A stretch of 64,000 nucleotides of DNA from contig CAWHXY010000004.1 in the NCBI GenBank assembly GCA_963833575.1, forward strand, positions 1,024,001-1,088,000. Reading direction: 5' to 3'. The position numbers were made by a program, and so were the translations under genes. The DNA is from Candidatus Bathyarchaeota archaeon (GTDB lineage: Archaea; Thermoproteota; Bathyarchaeia; Bathyarchaeales; Bathycorpusculaceae). This document shows positions 36,825 to 46,790 of the stretch, piece by piece (positions within the stretch are counted from its first letter, which is position 1; every line of letters starts with the position of its first letter). The notes under the pieces were generated by a model. That model made no database searches. It was given only the letters and a program-made list of their open reading frames with translations, and was not told the DNA's origin.

Positions 36825-39554
36825 ATGCAATTTAGTAAAAATAGAACATTAGCTATTGCTATATCAGTACTTTTAATAATTTCAATGACAGCTTCACTTG
36901 CACTAGTTCCATCTGCAAGCGCACACGTACCGGCTTGGCAAATTCCAACATTTGCATACATTAACGCTGCCCCTAGTCCTGTAGGCGTTGGTCAAAATGT
37001 GGTTGTTATCATGTGGTTGACTAACCTGTTTTCCCCCGCATCTGGCATTGGAAACGATTACAGATTCCACAACTACAAACTTACCATTACAGCCCCTGAC
37101 GGAACAGTAACAACACAAAGCTATGGTATAGTCGCTGACTCAACATCTGCACAAGACTATTCTTTTGCACCAAGCCAAGTTGGCACATACAATTTGACAT
37201 TCACTTTCCCAGGACAAGACTTCAACACATATAGCCATGATACTACTATTCCAGCATTTTTCGGTCCAGCTTCACCTGAAACCCTAATCAACGACACTTA
37301 TCTGCCCAGTAGTGCATCAACAACCCTCACGGTACAGCAACAAGCAATACCATTCACAGCCACCTATCCACTTCCAACTGAATACTGGACACGCCCAATA
37401 TACGGTGAAAACCCAGGCTGGTGGACAATCTCATCAAACTGGCTAGGTTCAGGTTCACCTGTTGAAGCTTCAGCAGGCTCTTGGGCCATCGGTGCGTACG
37501 GTGCAAACAGTGGGTTCGCTGGTGCAGCAATGAATAGAAACCCTGGCGATGCAATAGGTTCGCAAACAAGTCACGTTATGTGGACAAAGCCTCTTCAAGC
37601 CGGCGGAATCGTTGGAGGAAACAACTTTGCTATTGTTGGAGACAGTTACTTTGAAGGGTCTGCATACGTACAAAGATACGACAACCCGATAATAATGGAC
37701 GGAATACTCTACTACCAAGCCCCACTCGGATACTCTAGCGGACAAGGAGGAGGAACTTACGCTGTAGATCTACAAACCGGCAAAGTACTTTGGCAAAACA
37801 ATGCAATACCCACTGGAGCACTATCATTCGGTTACATATATGACTCGCAACAACCCAACCAAAAAGGCGTAATGCAGCCGATTCTATTCACAAGCAGCTT
37901 TGCCCAAGCCTACGACGCTTACACAGGACAGTACCTGTTCAACGTTACTAACGTTCCAAGTGGTGTTCCAATAAGCATGGGTCCAAACGGTGAAACCGTG
38001 ATGTATACTGTTTCAAACGGCTATTTAGCTGAGTGGAACTCTTCAGGCTTATGGAATTGGAACATACAAGTTGGTGGAGGAGTACCAGCAGCTGCATTAA
38101 CTAACTTCCAAGTTACATCAGTAGGCTTTACCGGTCCAACAACAACCAGCTATACCAATACAGTCAACGGAGGCGCATCTCAATGCTACGATTGGAACGT
38201 TTCATTACCCACAACTTTACCCAGTTCTTTCCAGCAGGTCGCAGCGTTCTACGGCAACATGATACTCTGTGAAAGCGGCACACTATCTGGAGTCAGCATT
38301 GGCTTGCTAAGCGGCGGAGTAAGCAGCAGTTGGGCACCATACACATACTTTGCTCTCAACGTCAACGCTAGCAGAGGTGCATTAGGTTCGGTAATGTGGA
38401 CAAATACAGTTCCAGCAGCACCAGGCAACGTAACCGTCTTATTGGGTCCAGCTGATCCAACCTCAGGCGTCTTCACAGAAGGATACAAAGAAACCATGCA
38501 ATGGGTAGGATATAACCTATACACGGGAGCCAAACTCTGGGGTCCAACACCATCTCAAGCACCCCTTGACTACTACGGCAACCCAATTACACCACTAATC
38601 CAAGCTCAACTTGCTTACGGCAACCTTTACAGCATGGGCTATGCAGGAATACTCTATTGCTATGATGCAAAAACTGGCGCTCTAAAATGGACATATGGCA
38701 ACGGCGTAGCAGGCAACAGCACTAACGCAGGTCTCAACTCACCATTCGGTGATTACCCAAGCTTCATAAACGCCGTTGGCAACGGAATAATATACACAGT
38801 AGCCTCTGAACACACAGTCAACACACCAATATACAAAGGCGCATTACAGCGAGCTATCAATGCAACCGACGGATCAGAAATCTGGACAATCTCAGGTTAC
38901 ACTGGCGAGTTTTCAGCTATGAGCTATGCTATGGCAGACGGATACAACACCTGGTTTAACGGCTATGACAACCAAATCTACGTCGTAGGCCGAGGACCAA
39001 GCAGCTTAACAGTAACAGCGCCAAACAACGCAGCCGATTCAGGATCACCAGTAGTAATACGCGGCACAGTCATGGACGTATCTGCAGGAACAACACAAAC
39101 ACAGCAAGCAGGTCAATTTCCAAACGGTGTTCCAGTTGCTTCTGATGCTAGTATGAAGGATTGGATGGGTTATGTTTACCAACAGAAGCCACTTCCAACC
39201 AGCTTTACTGGTGTTCAGGTAACTGTGGACGTTTTGGACTCTAATGGCAACTACCGAAACATAGGAACTGCAACCACTGATGCCACTGGCATGTATAGTC
39301 TCGCATGGACACCTAACATCTCAGGCAACTACACAGTCGTCGCAACATTCCACGGCACTAACGCTTACTATCCATCATACTCAGAAACCACCTTTGCAGT
39401 CGCAGAACCGCACGCAACAACTGCCCCATCAAATGCAACCCCAGCCCCATCAGCCGCTGACCTATACTTTGTACCAGCAATAGCCGGATTGTTCGTTTTG
39501 ATCATCATTGTTGCCATAGTATTAGCAATGTTGATGCTTAGAAAACGACCATAA
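36825..39554 (+). CDS. Membrane-anchored PQQ-like beta-propeller surface protein, paralog of 11923-14547
   Basis: Shared PLPTEYWTRPIY, WTKP..GG, YDNQIY and DSNGNYR.IG motifs; C-terminal TM plus RKRP. Confidence 0.8.
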   Translation: MQFSKNRTLAIAISVLLIISMTASLALVPSASAHVPAWQIPTFAYINAAPSPVGVGQNVVVIMWLTNLFSPASGIGNDYRFHNYKLTITAPDGTVTTQSYGIVADSTSAQDYSFAPSQVGTYNLTFTFPGQDFNTYSHDTTIPAFFGPASPETLINDTYLPSSASTTLTVQQQAIPFTATYPLPTEYWTRPIYGENPGWWTISSNWLGSGSPVEASAGSWAIGAYGANSGFAGAAMNRNPGDAIGSQTSHVMWTKPLQAGGIVGGNNFAIVGDSYFEGSAYVQRYDNPIIMDGILYYQAPLGYSSGQGGGTYAVDLQTGKVLWQNNAIPTGALSFGYIYDSQQPNQKGVMQPILFTSSFAQAYDAYTGQYLFNVTNVPSGVPISMGPNGETVMYTVSNGYLAEWNSSGLWNWNIQVGGGVPAAALTNFQVTSVGFTGPTTTSYTNTVNGGASQCYDWNVSLPTTLPSSFQQVAAFYGNMILCESGTLSGVSIGLLSGGVSSSWAPYTYFALNVNASRGALGSVMWTNTVPAAPGNVTVLLGPADPTSGVFTEGYKETMQWVGYNLYTGAKLWGPTPSQAPLDYYGNPITPLIQAQLAYGNLYSMGYAGILYCYDAKTGALKWTYGNGVAGNSTNAGLNSPFGDYPSFINAVGNGIIYTVASEHTVNTPIYKGALQRAINATDGSEIWTISGYTGEFSAMSYAMADGYNTWFNGYDNQIYVVGRGPSSLTVTAPNNAADSGSPVVIRGTVMDVSAGTTQTQQAGQFPNGVPVASDASMKDWMGYVYQQKPLPTSFTGVQVTVDVLDSNGNYRNIGTATTDATGMYSLAWTPNISGNYTVVATFHGTNAYYPSYSETTFAVAEPHATTAPSNATPAPSAADLYFVPAIAGLFVLIIIVAIVLAMLMLRKRP

Positions 39555-39563
39555 ACAAAACAA

Positions 39564-39591
39564 GGGAAAAAATTCCCCTCTTTATTTTTTT
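39564..39591 (+). terminator. Hairpin plus oligo-T terminator
   Basis: GGGAA-AAAA-TTCCC followed by a T-tract. Confidence 0.6.
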
Positions 39592-39690
39592 GTTAATTTT
39601 TGAGAATTAGTTTTTCTTCAAATTGTTTAAATGTCAAAAACTCTACTTATGGGCAATGCTAAATCTTGAGAAAGAGGCGTAAAAAATCAG

Positions 39691-40506
39691 TTGCCCAAAG
39701 ACGAAACCCTTAAAGAACAAATCCATCAAGCAAACGTTAACGTACATAGACTTGAAGCGCAATACTACGAACGACTACATCCCGAAGTATACGCTAGACA
39801 AGAACAAAAAAGAATAACCGAAAAACTTACTATGTTGGATAAACTTGTCATTGATAATCATAAAAACGCTCTTGACATAGGAGCGGGCAGCGGCAACTTA
39901 ACAAACAAACTTTTGCAAATGGGCTATAATGTTACAGCCGTAGATATCTCAGCAGAAATGTGTGTTATTTTACGAAAAAAATATGAAGTTTACATAAGAA
40001 GTGGCAAGTTGAATGTTATAAATTCGCCAATAGAGGACTTATTTTTTGGTTTCGGCAAATTCGATTTAATAACATGTTACTCGGTGCTTCATCACTTGCC
40101 TGATTACATCGCAGCACTACAAAGTCTCTTGGTCTTTCTGAAAAAAGGCGGTGTAATCTACATTGATCATGAAGCATCCCCATTCTACTGGAGAAATGAA
40201 CCAAGCATGTTAGCCACCATTGTCAAAGGTATCTATTTCCATTCAAACCCCATACTTAACAGTCTATACTTTCAAATCATAGGCTTAAAAGTTCCATCCA
40301 TTGATTATTCAATGTCGGATTACTGGCATAAAAAAGAACATGCCTTAGACCACAAAAAAGTAGAGCAATTATTCAAAAAAGAAAACTATGCATATTCGAA
40401 GCGTGTGGACTATTATCAAAACAGCACGTGGATTCCAAACCCTCTGTCTATAATTTACCGTATGCTTTGTAGACCTGAAATGAGTTTTTGGACAGCTAAA
40501 AAATAA
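39691..40506 (+). CDS. Class I SAM-dependent methyltransferase
   Basis: ALDIGAGSG, VDIS, FDLITCYSVLHH, LKKGG. Confidence 0.85.
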   Translation: MPKDETLKEQIHQANVNVHRLEAQYYERLHPEVYARQEQKRITEKLTMLDKLVIDNHKNALDIGAGSGNLTNKLLQMGYNVTAVDISAEMCVILRKKYEVYIRSGKLNVINSPIEDLFFGFGKFDLITCYSVLHHLPDYIAALQSLLVFLKKGGVIYIDHEASPFYWRNEPSMLATIVKGIYFHSNPILNSLYFQIIGLKVPSIDYSMSDYWHKKEHALDHKKVEQLFKKENYAYSKRVDYYQNSTWIPNPLSIIYRMLCRPEMSFWTAKK

Positions 40507-41883
40507 TTAAGCAATTCCTACACGTTTTGGAGCTTGGGGATTTAGTCTTCTTTTGGCAAAGTTCAAAGCGCCTTCCCGCTTGATTCTTTTTATTATCTGC
40601 TTTGGTGACATATTGAAATCTTTGAAAAATCTTCTCTGAATCGCCAAAAGCGAGTTATAGTCAAATTCTTCGGTTTTAACGCTCAGCAAAAACTCGTCAA
40701 GCTGATCATAATTTTTTGACTCCAAAACTTCTTGGTACAGCTTACTGTCTGGATTAGCGATAAAAACGTTAAACAAACACCAGTCAGGATTTAATTTCTT
40801 AGCAAATTTCAACGAGGCTTCCATGTCATTTAGCGTTTCATCTGGAACGCCTAGCATAAATGAGCAGGCAGTTTGTATTTTGTTTTTTCGGCAAAGTTTG
40901 AACGCGTTTTCTATCTGTTCAAGCGTTGTGTTTCTACCGATTCGCTTCAAAATTCTCTGCGAACCAGACTCTACTCCGAACCAAATGGTTTTGCATCCTG
41001 CTTGGCTCATTTTTTCTAAAAGTTCTTGATTAACTAAATCAACGCGTGTGTCACAGACCCATTCTAGATCCATTTTGTTTTTTATCATGAGATTGCATAG
41101 TTCAAGGGTTTGGTTTTTTCTAAGAGTAAAATTATCGTTGATAAAGTAAATTCCTTTTGTCCCGTACTTGTTCTGTAAATCTTGGATTTCATCGACAACT
41201 CTCTGCGGACTGAAGGTGCGGCAGATGTTTCCCCAAAGTTTTTTTGTTTCGCAGAAACCGCAGTTATACACGCATCCGCGTGAAATGCTCATTACGTCAG
41301 CTGGTTTAACATTCAAGTATTCTATGGTTCTATCGTAGAGTTCGAGGGGCAATAGGTGTCTTGCTGGAAAGGGGATTTCATCCATGTTTTCGATAAATTT
41401 CGGTGGATTTTTAATGTTTGTTCCTTGGCGTCTGCATGCAACTCCTGCTATCGACTTTGCGGCGGGTTCATTACCGTTTATGATGCATGTAGCAAGTTCT
41501 GTTATTGCTCTCTCGCCTTCACCCATAACAACATAATCAATTTCTGGATTTGCCATCAAGCTATCAGGAACATAGGAAGCATGCCATCCGCCAACAACTA
41601 TTTTGCAGCCAAGTAAGACTTCTTTGATTGCTTTAGCCGTCTCTATACAACGTGCATAAGTGGCTGAACCACACGTAATGCCGACAATTTGCGGATTAAG
41701 ATTGATAACAAGTTGCTTAATTTCTTCAATTGGTTTTTTCATAAGGTAGTTGTCGAGCATTTGAACCTCAAAACCTGCTTTTTCAAGTGCCGCGGCAACA
41801 TACATTAATCCTATTGGAGGCAACCGTTTGCCAAGGTACCACGCGCCATTTTCTGGCGGCGCAGTGGTCATTAACAGAATCAA
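40507..41883 (-). CDS. Cobalamin-binding radical SAM protein, close paralog of 44658-46028
   Basis: LPPIGLMYVAAAL, GGWHAS, SRGCVYNCGFC, GVESG. Confidence 0.9.
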   Translation of the reverse strand: MILLMTTAPPENGAWYLGKRLPPIGLMYVAAALEKAGFEVQMLDNYLMKKPIEEIKQLVINLNPQIVGITCGSATYARCIETAKAIKEVLLGCKIVVGGWHASYVPDSLMANPEIDYVVMGEGERAITELATCIINGNEPAAKSIAGVACRRQGTNIKNPPKFIENMDEIPFPARHLLPLELYDRTIEYLNVKPADVMSISRGCVYNCGFCETKKLWGNICRTFSPQRVVDEIQDLQNKYGTKGIYFINDNFTLRKNQTLELCNLMIKNKMDLEWVCDTRVDLVNQELLEKMSQAGCKTIWFGVESGSQRILKRIGRNTTLEQIENAFKLCRKNKIQTACSFMLGVPDETLNDMEASLKFAKKLNPDWCLFNVFIANPDSKLYQEVLESKNYDQLDEFLLSVKTEEFDYNSLLAIQRRFFKDFNMSPKQIIKRIKREGALNFAKRRLNPQAPKRVGIA

Positions 41884-41924
41884 ATCTGATTCTCCTGTTT
41901 ACACATATACTTTCGCAGGTAACT

Positions 41925-42258
41925 TGGCATGATTTTCTCTCTGAATATTTGTTAATTTGATTATACGCGCGTTTATAGCTTTAACTGAATGGGTCCATCC
42001 AACTAGTTCGTATGTGATTTTGCAGTTTTGACACTGCCTGTAGCACCGGGTGTTGTTCTTCTAAGGCTTTGGTAGAAGGAGGAGGACAATCACAGGGTGC
42101 ACCGCGCCTCCTTCTTCTCTGGATTTGTTGAAAGAAGAAGAAGAAACTTTGCGGGGCACACTTCTTCTTCTACTTGTTCGAGTTGAATGATGATCTGCCC
42201 TCTAGCATTTCTGTAAATGTAAATTTAAACGTCAAAAAATTGGCTTTGGTTTTGAGTT
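41925..42258. repeat. Copy 1 of a duplicated non-coding tandem-hairpin element (core 42043-42173)
   Basis: Core GCACCGGGTGTTGTTCTTCT...GATTTGTTGAAAGAAGAAGAAGAAACTTTG..GGGC.CACTTCTTCTTCTAC shared with 46255-46379; weaker flanking similarity; outer limits approximate. Confidence 0.8.
41971..41985 (-). promoter_or_regulatory. 15-mer GTTTATAGCTTTAAC, candidate promoter/operator
   Basis: Identical copy at 47700-47714; both lie 70-90 bp upstream of minus-strand genes. Confidence 0.5.
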
Positions 42259-42381
42259 TCACGGTGTAAACTTTATTTTGGTTATAAGTTCTCATTTTAA
42301 AAGACGTTTGAGCAAGCGCCAGTTTAAAGAAAAGATTTATAGCCTTTACGTATGCTGTTCCAGATTGAAGAGGGGTTAAAG

Positions 42382-43098
42382 TTGAAAGTTGTTGTTCATT
42401 GGAGCGGTGGCAAAGAATGCTGCTTGGCTTATCATAAAGTCATTAAACAGGGGCATCAAGTTGCTTATTTGCTTAGTTTTGAATACATGCGACCCTATGT
42501 TTTTCATAGCTTCAAAGTAATGGAATTGCAATCTCAAACTTTAGGAACTCCTTTGAAGGTTGTGAGAATTAAGAAGGCATACGAGGATATACTGAAAGCT
42601 CTCACAACTTTGCACGATGAAGAAGGCATCGAGGGCATTGTAACTGGCGACATTGTTGGAGCAGGATGCGCCATTGTCCACTCAAGCTACTACGAGAGTA
42701 TGGCTAAACAGGTAGGCTTAGCATTTACAATGCCCAATGAAAACCCTTCAGGAGACACATACGACGTACTCAAAGAAGTCGTCAATACCGGCTTAAGACC
42801 AGTATTAAACTGCATTAACACCAACTTTTTCGAGGAAGAATGGTTAGGACGACCAATTGACAAAAATTCCATAAAAGAACTAAAAGAATTAACAGACGCA
42901 AAAGACATCGATGTTTCCAGCGAAGACGGGCAAGGCTATCACACCTCAGTTGTAGATGCACCACTTTTCAAACAATCCATCGTAATTGGGAAATTCAAGA
43001 AAGGGAAGAAAAAAGAAAAATCGAAGAACTGGAAAAGAAACTGGCTTTACATGGACATAAAAGAAGCTCAATTGCAACCCAAAGATGCGTCCAAGTAA
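42382..43098 (+). CDS. DUF71/Dph6-like PP-loop ATPase (divergent paralog)
   Basis: HWSGGKEC, TGDI, GYHT..DAPLFK; TTG 42382 preferred over ATG 42352 by GAGGGG RBS and alignment to paralogs. Confidence 0.8.
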   Translation: MKVVVHWSGGKECCLAYHKVIKQGHQVAYLLSFEYMRPYVFHSFKVMELQSQTLGTPLKVVRIKKAYEDILKALTTLHDEEGIEGIVTGDIVGAGCAIVHSSYYESMAKQVGLAFTMPNENPSGDTYDVLKEVVNTGLRPVLNCINTNFFEEEWLGRPIDKNSIKELKELTDAKDIDVSSEDGQGYHTSVVDAPLFKQSIVIGKFKKGKKKEKSKNWKRNWLYMDIKEAQLQPKDASK

Positions 43099-43215
43099 TT
43101 TTCATTTTCAAGTTTGATAAAAAGAGCCTGTTCCATAAAATCTGTGTTTTTGCATAAAGTAAATGAACATGAACGCGCTTAGAAGGTACAAAACTCACTC
43201 GCCTAAGGGAAGAAC

Positions 43216-44628
43216 ATGAAAACTCACGTAACGCTTGTTAATCCGCCCTATCCTGCTGGTTCTCATCAACATCCGCCTTTCATGCCTTTAGGCATCGGCT
43301 ACATAGGTGCAATGTTGTACCAGAATAATTTTGAAGTTAACGTGATTGATTGCCAAGCACAAAAATTTACTCACCAACAGTTCAGAGATGAAATTGGAAA
43401 GGTTAAACCAGACATAGTTGGCGTTACCTGTACTACTCTCACCTACAAGTCTGCCCTGAAAATACTAAAAATATGCAAGGAGGTTTGGCCTACCTGTATA
43501 ACTGCAATTGGCGGTCCTCATGTTACCTTTTGGGATGACAAAGCGTTGCAGGAAGCGCCCTCTTTAGACGTTGTTGTCAGGGGTGAGGGCGAAAATACCA
43601 TGTTGGAACTTGCCCAAAGAATCGAACAAGGTCAACCTTTTCAGGATCTTATTGGAACTACCTGCAGGAAAGGTACTGAAATTGTGAAAAATGCTGATCG
43701 CCCTTTCTTAGAAAATCTTGATAGTTTGCCAACTCCAGCACTTCATCTTTGGAAACATATGGAGAATCTGCGAAAATATGGAACGATACCTTACCCAGTT
43801 ATGACTAGTCGAGGTTGCGTGTATTGGTGCAACTTCTGCACAGCGGTTAGGATGTTCGGCAGAAAATACCGAATGCGTACCCCCAAAAATGTGGTAGACG
43901 AATTAGAGTTTTTGCATAAAAACTACTATGCAAATCAGTTCACTTTTTATGATGATGCTTTCACCGTTGATCAGGACCGAACCGCCGAAATATGCAATGA
44001 GATTCAGCGCAGAGGGCTAAAAATTAAGTGGGATTGTGAAACCCGAGTTGACATGGTAAGTAAAGAGCTGCTTGTAAAAATGAGGGAAGCAGGCTGTATA
44101 GCTGTTTGGTTCGGTGTTGAATCAGGATCCAAAAAAGTTTTAACTAGCATGGGCAAAGGCTTCTCACTTACCCAAACCAGAAGAGCATTCAAATGGGCAA
44201 AAGAAGCAGGGTTAATGACGGTTGCCGGCGTAATTTTGGGTTTTCCAGGTGAAACCAAAGAGAGCGCTTGGGAAACAATTCGGTTTGTAAAAGAACTCAA
44301 CCCCAACGATGTAGGATTCTACATAGCCACACCTTACCCTGGAACACCAATGTATGAAGAAGTCAAAACCAACGGCTCACTAAAAATAACTGATTTTGAC
44401 AGATATGATACCGCTACGCCGACCTTTGAGATTCCAAACATGACTATGAAAGAATTGTCTCAGATTCGGGAACAGGCATTCCAAAGCTTCTACCTCAGTC
44501 CAGCTTACTTTGTTAGTGCATTGGGTATGTTTAAGAAAGGAAAAATGTGGGGTTTGGGCGCGACTCGTTTAATTTTGGCACATGCTCGAAGGGCAATTAG
44601 ATCAAAAGCAAGTAATTTGATGAAGTAG
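43216..44628 (+). CDS. Cobalamin-binding radical SAM protein
   Basis: PLGIGYIGAML, GGPHVTFWD, SRGCVYWCNFC, GVESG. Confidence 0.9.
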   Translation: MKTHVTLVNPPYPAGSHQHPPFMPLGIGYIGAMLYQNNFEVNVIDCQAQKFTHQQFRDEIGKVKPDIVGVTCTTLTYKSALKILKICKEVWPTCITAIGGPHVTFWDDKALQEAPSLDVVVRGEGENTMLELAQRIEQGQPFQDLIGTTCRKGTEIVKNADRPFLENLDSLPTPALHLWKHMENLRKYGTIPYPVMTSRGCVYWCNFCTAVRMFGRKYRMRTPKNVVDELEFLHKNYYANQFTFYDDAFTVDQDRTAEICNEIQRRGLKIKWDCETRVDMVSKELLVKMREAGCIAVWFGVESGSKKVLTSMGKGFSLTQTRRAFKWAKEAGLMTVAGVILGFPGETKESAWETIRFVKELNPNDVGFYIATPYPGTPMYEEVKTNGSLKITDFDRYDTATPTFEIPNMTMKELSQIREQAFQSFYLSPAYFVSALGMFKKGKMWGLGATRLILAHARRAIRSKASNLMK

Positions 44629-44657
44629 AAAAAATCTGGGATGGAGAAAGCTCAACG

Positions 44658-46028
44658 TTGATTTTGTTGATAACCGCTGCTCCACCTTTGAAGTCTCCAT
44701 GGGGAATGGCTGGGAAGCTTCCTCCACTTGGCTTAGCTTATGTTGCCGCAGCTTTACAAAAAAATGGCTACGAAGTTGAAATTTTTGACAACTACCTGCT
44801 CCAAAGACCCATAGAAGAAGTTAAATCAGAATTGAAAAAGCGTGCGCCAGAAATAGTTGGCATAACTTGCAATTCGTTGAATTATTCGCGTTCTATAGAA
44901 ATGGCAAAGGCGGTCAAAGAAGTTCTTCCATCCTGCAAAGTTGTAGTGGGTGGTCCGCATCCGTCGTACATGCCTCAAACAATGTTACATCATGAAGAGG
45001 TAGATTACGTGGTTATTGGCGAGGGTGAGCAGGCTATGGTGAGTCTTGCCGCTGCCATCATGAACCATCAGCCAGACAAATTAGTTGCCAAGATTCCAGG
45101 CTTAGCTTGCCGAATCGGTGGCGAGATGGTGGAGACTTCTCCTGAATTTATCAGCGATTTAGATACAGTTCCGTTTCCAGCACGTCATTTGCTTCCGATG
45201 CGGATGTATGACCGTGCTTTACCCTATTTGAGCGTGAAACCTGTTGATACCATGAGTATACATCGTGGCTGCCCCTACAGTTGCGCGTATTGTGAAACCA
45301 GAGAGTTATGGGGAACCACCTGTCGTACTTTTTCACCGCAAAGAGTCGTTGACGAACTCAAGCACATGGTTGAAAACTACGATTCAAAGGGCATTTATTT
45401 TGTCGGCGACAACTTTACCATAAACAAAAACCGTACAGCTGACCTTTGTCGTTTAATGAAAGATAACAAAATAGACCTCCGATGGACATGCGAAACCAGA
45501 GCTGACCTTATCTCAAAAGAGTTGCTTGTAACCATGAAATCGGCCGGATGCGAGACCATATTTTTTGGTGTAGAATCAGGTTCGCTTCGCATACAGAAAA
45601 AGCTTAACAAAAACATTGATCTGCAAGAGGTCAAACGTACCTTTGAGCTTTGCAAAGAAGTGGGCATACAAACGGCAACTTCTTTTATGCTGGGCATCCC
45701 CGGCGAAACAGTTGAAGACATGAATACCACCTTCAACTATGCAAAGACTCTGCATGCAGACTGGTGCATGTTCAACATTTACATCGCTTGCCCAGGCAGC
45801 AAACTGTACGATGAAGTCATAAGCCAATGCTTGTATGACCAGATGGACAATTATTTGGCACGAGTCAAAACAAAAGATTTCGATTATGACATGCTTGTGA
45901 AGATCCAGCGAGATTTTCAGCGCGGGAGCCAGAAGTCGGCGGCTTCTAAGCTGATTCGGGTAATTAAGAAGGAAGGCTTAGGCAGCGCAGTCAAAAAAGG
46001 TAGCTCAATTATCTTTCGTCGGAAATAA
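44658..46028 (+). CDS. Cobalamin-binding radical SAM protein
   Basis: LPPLGLAYVAAAL, GGPHPS, RGCPYSCAYC, GVESG. Confidence 0.9.
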   Translation: MILLITAAPPLKSPWGMAGKLPPLGLAYVAAALQKNGYEVEIFDNYLLQRPIEEVKSELKKRAPEIVGITCNSLNYSRSIEMAKAVKEVLPSCKVVVGGPHPSYMPQTMLHHEEVDYVVIGEGEQAMVSLAAAIMNHQPDKLVAKIPGLACRIGGEMVETSPEFISDLDTVPFPARHLLPMRMYDRALPYLSVKPVDTMSIHRGCPYSCAYCETRELWGTTCRTFSPQRVVDELKHMVENYDSKGIYFVGDNFTINKNRTADLCRLMKDNKIDLRWTCETRADLISKELLVTMKSAGCETIFFGVESGSLRIQKKLNKNIDLQEVKRTFELCKEVGIQTATSFMLGIPGETVEDMNTTFNYAKTLHADWCMFNIYIACPGSKLYDEVISQCLYDQMDNYLARVKTKDFDYDMLVKIQRDFQRGSQKSAASKLIRVIKKEGLGSAVKKGSSIIFRRK

Positions 46029-46159
46029 GCTGAAATTATGGTCTTTTATTGTTTTTCACGTTTGGGGCTTGCGTTGGTTTTAAGGTTGTCTTGTCGACTT
46101 TAAGAAAGAAATCAATTGTTATCAACAACTTTATCCTCAACAACGGCGTTAACTCTCGA

Positions 46160-46432
46160 CTATGATTGAATTCTCTCAGAAAATTAGTCCATGGGTGTTT
46201 CAACATCAAATAACAACCAATTCGCTGAAAGAAGAACAACAACAGTTGGTGGGTGCACCGGGTGTTGTTCTTCTTTTGAAAGAAGTAGAACATTCGCAGG
46301 GAGCACTGTGTCCTACTTCTTCTCTTGATTTGTTGAAAGAAGAAGAAGAAACTTTGTAGGGGCTCACTTCTTCTTCTACCTGAATGTTGTGGAATTAGGG
46401 TTCAACTTAGGACTGAATTGGTTTTGGCTTTT
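46160..46432. repeat. Copy 2 of the tandem-hairpin element (three palindromic units at 46226-46379)
   Basis: Units start TGAAAGAAG at 46226, 46277 and 46334; stems of 14, 12 (one mismatch) and 11 bp; loops carry GGG(N)GC(A/T)C. Confidence 0.8.
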
Positions 46433-46484
46433 AAAATAGTTGTTTTTTACAATTAAGTAAGCCAAAATCTAAGCCTATTAGTTT

Positions 46485-46790
46485 CTATATTTGTATGTTA
46501 ATTGTTTTGAGAATATCCTTGTAAGCTTTCACAGGAGTTTCCTTGTCAGTTACATTTTTTATCAGCATTCGCCCGCCGTCAAACAAGCTGACATCCAACT
46601 TCATGTAATCAAACATCAAAACCATCTGCGACTTCACTCGAATCTTAAAGTGCTGCTTCTTAATCTTGTCACATGCATCGTTCATGTTGAACTTCAACGG
46701 TTGCGCTGGAGATATGTCTGCAGTTTTTCCTCCACAGAGCCAAACAACGTTTAGGTTACCTATAGCTTCTTTTTCTACCAACTGCTTCAA
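46485..46790 (-). CDS. Small hypothetical protein resembling the C-terminal domain of ThiF/MoeB-like proteins
   Basis: WLCGGKTADISP ... VSLFDGGRMLIK pattern; GGAG upstream. Confidence 0.55.
   Translation of the reverse strand: MKQLVEKEAIGNLNVVWLCGGKTADISPAQPLKFNMNDACDKIKKQHFKIRVKSQMVLMFDYMKLDVSLFDGGRMLIKNVTDKETPVKAYKDILKTINIQI

Noticed and set aside
42043-42173. Integron attC sites
   Set aside because: No RYYYAAC/GTTRRRY core boxes and no integrase in the window
42012-42270. Selenoprotein-like reading ATG-TGA-TTT-TGC... with the hairpins as SECIS
   Set aside because: Needs two TGA readthroughs, gives low-complexity sequence, is not preserved in copy 2, and no Sec machinery is visible
46036-46359. 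ORF-track calls 46036-46293 (-) and 46162-46359 (+)
   Set aside because: Their composition (EEEE, LLLFFF) simply reflects the GAA/TTC stems; the frames are not conserved in copy 1
46226-46379. CRISPR mini-array (units begin with TGAAAG, like archaeal repeat ends)
   Set aside because: No identical repeats with unique spacers; each whole unit is a palindrome, and no cas genes are in the window
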